Part shown: piece by piece, positions 49,927-64,000 of the stretch
How the letters are laid out: each line of letters begins with the position of its first letter
How positions within the stretch are numbered: the first letter of the stretch is position 1
NCBI RefSeq assembly: GCF_006345805.1
Contig: NC_043000.1
Location: 78,430,001 to 78,494,000 of the forward strand
Length of the DNA: 64,000 nucleotides
Direction of reading: 5' to 3'
Source of the DNA: Octopus sinensis
Taxonomy: Eukaryota
Notes under the pieces: model-generated
Databases searched by the model: none
Told to the model about the DNA's origin: nothing
Seen by the model: only the letters and a program-made list of their open reading frames with translations
Translations under genes and position numbers: made by a program

Positions 49927-52090
49927 ACAGGGGCGCGAATTGCTCGAGCCTAAAAGGATGTGTGGGGTGTTTCAACAACACTTCACCCAACTGTTTGGGA
50001 CAAGTGGTGAGTCAGAAAGCAGAGTGGACTTTAGTGCCTACCTGCATGCCTTGCCACGACTCTCAGCAAGGGAGGTGGAGTCTTGTGAAAAGCCTATCAC
50101 AGCTGCGGATGTACAGGATGCGATGGTAGGCTGCGCGAGAGACAAGTCACCAGGCTTGGATGGTCTGCCCTACGAATTTTATTTTCATATGCCAGACTTG
50201 TTTGGAGGCGTCTTGGCAGCTGTCTACTGCAACTGGCAGCAGAACGGGAGTATTCCTGCTTTTGTAAAGCGAGGAGCAGTGGCACTGATCAAGAAAGACC
50301 CAAACAAGGGGGACGTCATAGATAATTTCAGGCCCATCACTCTGCTCAACGCAGATTTGAAAATTTTGGCCAAGGGCTGGGACGCGGGAGGAGCGTGTCT
50401 GCATACGCGGATGACGTCACCGTCATAGTGTCGAGCTACGAGCACATCGAGCTGGTCGGCGAGACACTGAAAGAACACGAAGTGGTAACGGGAGCAAAAA
50501 TTAACCGGGAAAAGTCAGTGGGCTTGCGGCTCGGGACCTGGAGAAGCAAGCCCATGCCGTCCAACAGCGTCTCCATCGTGGACGCTGGACGGACGGACCG
50601 GTTAAATTGCTCGGGGTCTGGTTCGGTCCGGACCTCCAAATGGAGAACTGGGGCGAGATAACGACTAGGGTGGCTACTCTCACCCAGAAATGGACTGAGA
50701 GAAAGCTATCCCTAAAAGGTCGGGCGGAGGTGGCGAACGCGTACATCGCATCCGTCATCGAGTATCGTCTGACCGTCGTGCCTTGTCCCGACCCTACCAT
50801 CACCAAACTGGAACGCATACTCTTCCGCTTCTTGTGGAAGGGAAACGTTCCGATGGTTAGGCGATCCATTTGCTGCCAACACCCGCTAAATGGAGGGCTG
50901 GGCATGCCGTGGTTGATGATGCGCAGACATGCGCTGAGACTGCGACATCTCCGGCGCTTCATAGACAACGGTGAACAGGGGTGGTCGCCTTTTGTGCGGC
51001 GCGCTTTCCCGCAGCTCGTCTCCTTGGACGAACTACAGTCATGGATCAAGCAGAGACCGAGGCTAGGCGAATGGCACTGCGAGTGTCGCGTTGCTCTCAA
51101 GCAACTCTGCCGTCCGGGATCGAACTTGTGCGACTCCATCACAACAAAGGCATTCTATAGAGGATTAGTGGAGGGGAGGTGCGACGACGAACTCGGGCAG
51201 AGTCTGGGCGTCGACAAGGAACACCTGACCCGCCTGTTCAGGACAACTTTCGAGCCGGGACCTATGAACAATCACCAAAGATCCCTGGCCTGGCAGTGCT
51301 ATCGAGAAGCATTACCTGTTCGGGATAAGCTCTACAGACACGGTTCCAGACACACTGGACCGACTTGCCCGAGATGCGGTCAGAGCGACGAAACCGTTCT
51401 GCACGCACTCGTGCAATGTCCAACCATTTCCGACCTGTGGGCTTATGCCGAACGGCTGCTGTCACGTGTGGGACGAATCCGCCTGTCGGCCGAGTCTATC
51501 GTGAGAATTGCTCCGCCCCCTTCCCTCAACCGGGAAGGCAAGGCAGTTTTCATCGTACTGGTGGCCATGGTGAAAGAATGTGTGTGGTGGACTCGAGCGA
51601 AAGGATTAGAGACAAACACTTACCTCTCTGGCCAATCGCTCATCAACTTATTCAAGTACCACTTGAAAAGGAAGGTGAGAATGGAGAGGGAAGTTTTGTC
51701 TCGCGAAAGATTCAAAAAAAGATGGGTGAATGTTGCAAAGATGGTGCGTGCTAGTAACGAAACCATTTTGAGCATGATCCTGTAGATCGTAAAAAAGAAA
51801 GAAAGAGAGCATTTTTGACCTCATGTGTTTATTTCCTCCCTGACTGGGGTTCCCGTGGTCTTTTCTGTAGGCTTTTCTTCCCACGGATGAACCCAATCTT
51901 GTTATATCAATGTTTACACCATTATTTCTGTGATACACGATTTTCTTTTTTTTTCCTTTTTTTTCCTCCCCTCGATCCCTTTTGATCGCAATCTTACATT
52001 TTTTATTTTTTTCCACCCTCGAAAAGAAAAGCTCTGCATTTGTATTTGTCCCCTCTGTATTCAGCCCTGTGTGGCTAATAAAAGAAAGTT
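49927..52090 (+). mobile_element. Family B copy B3: 5'-truncated in ORF2, with a ~430-nt RT-core deletion at ~50375; closely related to B2
   Basis: Starts at ACAGGGGCGCGAATTG (B2 ~47205). ORFs 49940..50428 and 50607..51785; same 3' UTR as B2. Confidence 0.9.
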
Positions 52091-57140
<5,050 letters not shown>

Positions 57141-57945
57141 ATCTACGGACGTGCTGTCACTTCGGCTCCGAAGGTAATCGGGATCTTTTCATTTCCAAGG
57201 CCTGATTGTCAGATTTTTCTAGTTAACTAAATAATTTGAAACTTCGTATACTGGTAGAGTGTCTCAAAAGAAAACACTAGTTTCAACTTGTTTTTTTGAT
57301 AAAAATGTATTTTATAAGTTTAAACGTAGTTTAAATCTGCGAATTTTAACCAATCGTATTGTTTGTTTTCATTTGAAATAATTAACTGCATCATGTTACT
57401 GTGACGTAGACAGCTATTTTGTGACGTACTTAACGTTCGTTTGAAAACTGTAAACAATGTGGTAACGAACGTATATGCAACACGAAATAACTAAACTGAT
57501 GTGAATATTGTTTTATTTTCTTCGCATGTATCCACATGTTCTTAATATTTTATACACGTGGACTCGTATCATTTACTTTGATAAAATTTTATTCGTGCAC
57601 ATCTGAATCATTTGCTTTGTAAACAAACAGGATAATTGAGTGCACTGCACTAGCACCATAATTATATTAACATTGGTTCATTATTCTTCTGGCATAGGCC
57701 AATGCCTGTTGCTGTAGATTTCCAGCTCATAACTTGTACTCGTTTTATCGACCCACCTGTAACTGGCATATTTTGAACTTGATAAACATATATATGTAAA
57801 CCTGAAAACATCTCGAGTATGTTATATATTTGTAGGGAACGGACGTGAAACCCAAGGCAATCCCATAAATCGGCCTTATCTAACTTTAATATATACTGTT
57901 CTATAACTTAGAGTGGGCTTCTTTTTTCGGATTTATGTTTACGGA

Positions 57946-57980
<35 letters not shown>

Positions 57981-59509
57981 AAGGTGAAAGTAAAGAATAC
58001 GTACACCTGGTGTTTGGGGTTAGGGTTTAGGATTAGGATTTTTGTTACGCTGAAAACAGGTGGTGGGATACACACCTGTTGCATAATTCTTGTGTACTTT
58101 GCATTTGCATCACAAATTGTAATATCCTGCATTAAAATTAATTTACTCTTTATTTGGTTTTGTTTCTGTTTTTATTGTGTGCATGCCTTGTTATGGTTTA
58201 TGTTAGGGTTAGAGCTATGGTCTAGAATTGGCAACAGATAGCATACTAAATTGTAAATGGCCACGTTTACTGTATGCTAAACTGGCACTAGAGATTTAAT
58301 GAAACAGTTTACCTATCAGAATTTAAGTCATGAAAGAGTTAGTTAGCATTGTCAACACACTTCACATTTCTCTGTTTCTGTGGGCAATGAAATAAAACAC
58401 TAGATAAGGAGTGGGTCAATATAGTTGACATTATTTCGTCCTATAAAATTTTTGGCTATGTACCTTTCTAAGAAATTCTTATTTGTATTAATATAAAGTG
58501 CGAGCAAGAGAACATCTGCAGGCTTTGTAGATGATGTCTTTTTTCAACTTGTGTAAATTACTGTCTGATGAGAATGTCATTCCATGTAGAAGCTGCCATT
58601 CTGGAGATAAATGATTGGCTAAAATATTTAGTAAAAGGGTTCTAGCTGTGAGACATGTTAAAGATGATGATGTGGGCTCAGTTTGATATAGTTTACAGCT
58701 TACTAATTCACAGGAATAGTAGTGGGTGTTAGGGTTTTTTTCCCCCATGTTTTATTTGAACAATTTGGCTGGATAAAGGGGGCTGTATCCTTGCCTTTTG
58801 CATTCCTTCTGAGACAAGAGGTGTGCCTTCAAAACTGGTAAGATTGACGTAGTTGATCTTGAATAAAATGTGTGGATGGCTGCAGAGGAAATAACATGGA
58901 CAAGGGAATTTCAGAAGACTGACAATCTGGTAAGAAAGAATTTAATGTTTAGTTTGCAGGTGAATTACATGCTACGTGATTTTCGAGCCTTTTGTCGCCA
59001 GATGCTGTAACATGGTTTGTATCCAATATAGTAGTACTACCACTATTGCGATAATGGCCTGAAATATGTGGTACCAGTGTGATAAAATAAGATAATGCAG
59101 CAGCACTAACAACATAACTATCTCTCAAGAACCAACAAATATTCCAAATGAACAAACCAACCCACACTCTAGAACTTCACTATGAAATAACACAAACTAT
59201 ATACACTCTCGGTTCAGTCCATTCCTCACAAGAGGGTACCTTGGCTCTCATCACAACACTGAGAGTGTAAGGGGTTACTAACTTTGTTCTGCCGACAAAT
59301 TTCCATTGATTTATTCTTAAGCTTCTCTTACTGCTAGAAACCACCTCTGCCTGGTACTGGCATTTATGTGAACAATGTAGACAATTGACAAGTATCAAAT
59401 GCCACAAAACATAAATTCATTATTTATTAAAATTATCTTCAATTGTAGAAGTATCATAATTACTAAATGGTAATCGATTAGCATATTCAGGGCCATTTAG
59501 TCACCTACC

Positions 59510-61480
59510 AATCTGGTAGACACACTAGTCAAATTGACTACATCCTCACTAGGAAACAGGAAAGACGACTACTTGTAAATGCCCAAACCTTCCCAGGTGA
59601 AGAATGTACCCCACAATATAGATTAGTAGTTAGCGACTTCAGGATCAGGGCTAAATGGATGCCCAGAAGACGACCAGAATGGAGGAGAAGGGTCTGGAAG
59701 CTTAAGGATTCTGCAAAAAGAGATTGAGAGACATATTACTCAAAGCTGTGGAAGACAACTGGAGTTTTCTACAGGACAACCTTTTGAGGGCTAGTGACCA
59801 GATCTGTGGATGGTGCAAAGTCTCCTCTCAACCCAAGGTAACGTGGTGGTGGAACAATGTTGTTGACAGGGCTAGTAAGGAAAAGAAACAGGCTTTGACG
59901 GACTGGAAGACCGGTGATAGCAGGGAATTGTATCAGACTGCCAAAAGGGAAGCTAGGAGATAGGTTTATTTGGCCAGAGGGGAAGCAGATAAGGAAAAAT
60001 TTGCCAATGTTCTGTGCCGTGATGACCAAAGACTTGAAGTATTTTCCTGTTGCCAGACAGTGTGTGAGAGAGAATCACGATGTCCTAGGAGAGAAATGTG
60101 TCCTCATGGGTGACGGTTCACTTGCTTCAAATGAAGCTGCAAAGAGACAGGTTTGGAGATGCCATCATGAAAGTTTGCTAAATAAAGTGAATGAATGTGA
60201 GAAAGAGAGTCTGCCGAATGCCGGCCCAACAGAGGGACCAGCTATCTATCTAAATTGACAGTGCCTTGGTAGGTAAAGCAATTAAGGGTATGAAGACAGG
60301 GAAAGCACCCGGACAATCAGGAATCACCACAGAGATGCTCAAACTATCTAGCGGTGTCGGCTATAGCCTAGTCAACCAGGTGATACATGAAGGAGTCATA
60401 CCCAATGACTGGTGTAGCAGCACCATAGTCAACTGCTAACAAAGGTAAAGATGACACATTAAATACAAATAATTACAGAGGTATCAAGTTGTTGGATCAG
60501 GTAATGAAGGTCACGGAGAGGGTCATAGCCCAAGTAATTAGGGAGAGAGGCAGTCTAGATGAGATGCAGTTTCGGTTCGTGCCAGGGGAAAGCACCACTG
60601 ATGCTATATTTCTGATAAGACAGATGCAGGAGAAATAGCTAGTCCAAGATAAAACTCTGTACCTGGCTTTCATTGACAGGGTCCTCCGATCCCCTATCTG
60701 GTGGTCAATGAGGAGACTAGGGATGGATGAATGTTTGAGAGCTGTACAAGCCATGTACAGTAAGGTGACGGTTGGCAACGAGTACAGTGAAGAATATCGG
60801 GTAGGGGTAAGGGTCAACCTAAGATCAGTCCTCAGCCCCCTCTTATTCATTATAGTCCTCCAGGCAATAACAGAGGAATTCAAGACAGGCTGCTCCTCTA
60901 TGCTGATGACCTTGCACTAATAGCAGAGTCACTGCCAGAACTGGAGCCAAAGGTAAGGGCGTGGAAGCCAAGTTTAGAATTGAATGGCCTTAGGGTTAAC
61001 CTAGCCAAAACCAAAGTTTTAGTTAGTGTGCAGGCTGTCAAATCACAAACTCCTCTGTAGAAAAGGCATTGGTAGAAACTCCATACGATGCACCCGGTGT
61101 AAGCTATGGACACATAAAAGGTGCAGCAATATCAAAGGAAGGTTAACTGGGAAAATTATTTCTTGTGTGTGGCAGATGCAGTGGGGCAATAAACACTGAA
61201 GGTGTTCAGAAAACAGCTTCCATTACATGCCTGGGGGAGAAACTAGAAGTAGTAAATACTTTCTACTATGTAGGCGACCAAGTATGTTGTGGGAGTGATT
61301 GCTCTGCGAGTGTAGCAACTAGAGTAATAATAGCCTGGGAAAATTCAGGGAGCTCCTACCTCTGCTGGCAGCTAAATGACCCTCACTCAGGGGGAAAGGT
61401 AGACTGTATGATGCATGTGTGTGAACTGCCATGCTATACGGTAGTGAAACATGGGCCATGAAAGCCGAGGACATGCGTAA
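59510..61480 (+). mobile_element. RTE-clade LINE remnant (APE C-terminus, RT, PHD-like Cys/His motif)
   Basis: TYQSGRHTSQIDYILTRK...PGEECTPQYRLVVSDF (APE end), NYRGIKLLDQVMK, QFRFVPG, SVLSPLLFIIV, ADDLAL-like and VNLAKTK-like motifs, and C..C..WTHKRC. Many stops. Confidence 0.85.
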
Positions 61481-61745
61481 GCTTGCAGTATGCTTGAGTC
61501 AAGTAAAACCAATACCGTAGCTGGGGGCCGGTGACCCGCTAGCTGGCTCCTGTGCTGATGAGACATAAAGAACACCCACTACACTCTCAGAATAGTTGGC
61601 GTTAGGAAGGGCATTTAGATGTAGAAATTATGCTAGACTAGATTGGAGCCTGTTGCAGCAGCTGGCTCTCCAAGATTTCAGTCAAACTGACCAACCCATG
61701 CCATCATGGAAAACGGACGTTAATCGATGATGATGATGATGACGA
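61481..61745 (+). mobile_element. SINE/RTE-type 3' segment ending in (GAT)n
   Basis: CACCCACTACACTCTC...GTTGGCGTTAGGAAGGGCAT...CCAACCCATGCCATCATGGAAAACGGACGTTAA(GAT)n; recalled as a common cephalopod repeat. Confidence 0.6.
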
Positions 61746-61805
61746 CGACGACAACGACGATGATTATATTAGTAATAAAGTTGGGTGCAGACAAGCGATT
61801 TGTAG

Positions 61806-61975
61806 TAGAGAGCAATAGCGTTTGGAGCGAGCAAAGAGTTGGCGGCCGGCGATGCGATCGATGGAAAAGCTGTCATCTCGGCGGCGATATCGCCTGCGAG
61901 TGTGTGTCCGGTAGCGTACGTAACACACGGACACATCGTGTTTATGCATGCGGCTAAGGCGGCTATTGCTCTCTA
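61806..61975. mobile_element. Possible MITE: 170-bp CpG-rich insert with 14-bp inverted termini
   Basis: TAGAGAGCAATAGC (61806-61819) and GCTATTGCTCTCTA (61962-61975) form a perfect inverted pair. Confidence 0.4.
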
Positions 61976-62289
61976 ATAATCGGTTGCTTTTTATTTACTT
62001 AATGCATTCTTCACTTCGGCATACTGGGCAGAGATCGCATCGCATTCATGCACACATTAGCTTTCTATCACCACCTTAGCTATCATAAACAAACACAAGT
62101 TCATGTATGATATTAATCTTTCTTCTATTTCAATTAGTACATGGTTTTCTCTTATAGAAATACACACATACAGGAGAAGTAAATTATACATATAATACTT
62201 TAAATGTGGCTCTCGATAAACAGTCAAAGTAATTACCTGATCAACAATGGGTTTTACTGCTAGTATATATGTATACTAGCAGTATACAG

Positions 62290-63897
62290 GTGACCAAATC
62301 TGATTTTCTACCTTGCAGTTAAGCAGATTCACTGTTTTAAAAATATCACTCAAGTATAATTTTTTTTTTAAACTCAGAAAGTCTTTCCAAAATTTTCTTA
62401 GCTGTATCAGTTTGTCTTGGAGTTGTAATGAATCATCTGACTCTTGAACAGGAAAAAGTGGATTAATGGCTCCCACAAATTCACTAGTCTTTCAAGGCTC
62501 AGGCCTTTTGACCCATCTTACTTCTGTGTGAAGCAACAGGGTTTTAAAATCTTCATCTTCACAGAATTGCATAAAAAATCTATTATTCACAGAGTTTGAT
62601 TTGACAATGTTATTTGTATGTATGGAAGTGTTGAGTGCATTTTCCATGTGTCCTCCAATATTCTTAGCAACCACATGCTGTCTGTGGATAATGCAACATA
62701 TATTTAAAATGTGAGGAGCAACTGATTTCATTCTAGAAACAAAACCTTTCACTTTTCCAGTCATGGCTGCAGCTCCATCTGATGCAGTGTTGATCAAATT
62801 AGTAGATGGAATATTTTTATCATTAAAATACTGCATTACTTCATTGAATATATCTTCTCCATTAGTTGTTTAAAAAAAAACTTTTAATGAATAACATTTC
62901 TTCCCTTATATCATCTTCATGGTTGAATCTGACATAGACCAGAAGGATAACTTGGTTATGAATTGTGCTATCATCAACCTGGATAGAAAAATTGGTCGTT
63001 CGGAGAATTTCCACAATCTTCTTTCTCCTCAACAAAATTAGACATTTCATCCTGTCTTCTTGTAATTGTGTTATTTGAAAGTGGAATTGTACTCAGAGTA
63101 GGTTCAGCATCTTCTCCCAGAACCTCATTTGCACAAGCTATCATAGCAGGCTTGACAAGATTCTACCCTTAAATCTGAGGTGCTGCAACCTTGGCAATAA
63201 TTTCAGAAACCAAATAATTTGGTTTGAGTATCTTTACTTTTTCAATATTTATCTTCTTTACAAAGTCAGGTAGTTTGATTAGCTGTATTTTCTTTTTATT
63301 CTCAAAATATTCCCGACCTTTACCAACAGATGATGGATGCCTTAATTTCTGGTGCTGCTCCAGCTTAACTTTCTTCATGGAATAATTTTTCATGATGGCA
63401 TTATATTGAAGATACATAGGTTTTGAGTCTACAGATACAAAACCAAACACGATAAAATCTTCTTTGCATTTCTTCAGTTTTGCCTTTTTAGCAGTTGGTT
63501 CAGATATTATTACAACTGATCATAAAAAAAAATAAAAATAATAAATATTTTATTTCTATAAATTTAAAGTATCAAATTTATTATTAAACAATATTATGTA
63601 GTGATCTATTAAAAATATCGAATTTATTATGAAACTGTTGTGATTATAAAATTTAAATTATGTAGTTCTTGATTGTAATATATCATTGATTATATATTAT
63701 ACATTATTGATTCTTATGGAATAATTATTGAATTTTGTTTTCTTATTATTATTCTGTCTTCATATAAATTATTATTAACTAACAGTGTCTTTATTATCGA
63801 ACAATATTGTGTAGATCTGAAATGGCTTCAATTTTTTATGGCTACGAATTCTCTGGGGACCACTGGTAGGTTCCAGGGACCACATTGGGAATCACTG
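62290..63897 (-). mobile_element. hAT DNA transposon (Buster/Charlie-type) remnant, 3'-truncated
   Basis: Minus-strand fragments SMKKVKLEQH...HP, FSIQVDDST...LLVYVRF...EEMLF, SDGAAAMTG...IHRQ...LLLHTEVRW and LYLSDIF. TIR-like CAGTGATTCCCAA at 63897-63885. Confidence 0.85.
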
Positions 63898-64000
63898 CTT
63901 TAAACAATACTGGATGAAATGAATATTGAAATTATTTACAAATTTTGTTAGTACATGAAACATGTTATAATATACAAGTTCCAGTAGAATATGTGACAAA

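Noticed and set aside
57900-59500. Host-gene exons among the short ORFs at 58488-59407
   Set aside because: No recognisable homology by eye, and splice signals are not persuasive.

Overview
Animal genomic DNA that is almost entirely transposon- and microsatellite-derived. The SINE and RTE-tail repeats and the dense microsatellites suggest an octopus or other cephalopod (inference from recall, not a search). I recognise no host gene, rRNA, tRNA or CRISPR array. Two head-to-tail clusters of L1-clade, Tx1-like non-LTR retrotransposons dominate the window, all on the + strand. Cluster 1 (447-24918) has about 5.4 copies of a 1.78-kb element that encodes only a gag-like ORF1 (family A, 'half-LINE'). 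These run directly into three copies of a 5.2-kb ORF1+ORF2 element (family T). A and T have clearly diverged ORF1 proteins. They share a 55-nt 3' tail (52/55 identical), the same 10 nt at the 5' side and the same junction, ACCTGG|CTCCAAGCTA. This looks like a non-autonomous/autonomous retroelement pair, which is my best candidate for an undescribed system. Cluster 2 (37609-57140) has four Tx1-like insertions from three subfamilies (family B), bounded by (ATCT)n, suggesting microsatellite targeting. All three ORF1 types appear to share a small C-terminal domain after a low-complexity linker, and all three families share a 3' terminal motif. Also present: a mariner 3' end, two RTE-clade LINE remnants, a Penelope-like fragment with a hammerhead-ribozyme motif, a decayed Tx1-like relic, SINEs, a large inverted-repeat structure and a hAT (Buster/Charlie-type) remnant. 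Many frameshifts sit in homopolymer runs and may be assembly errors.
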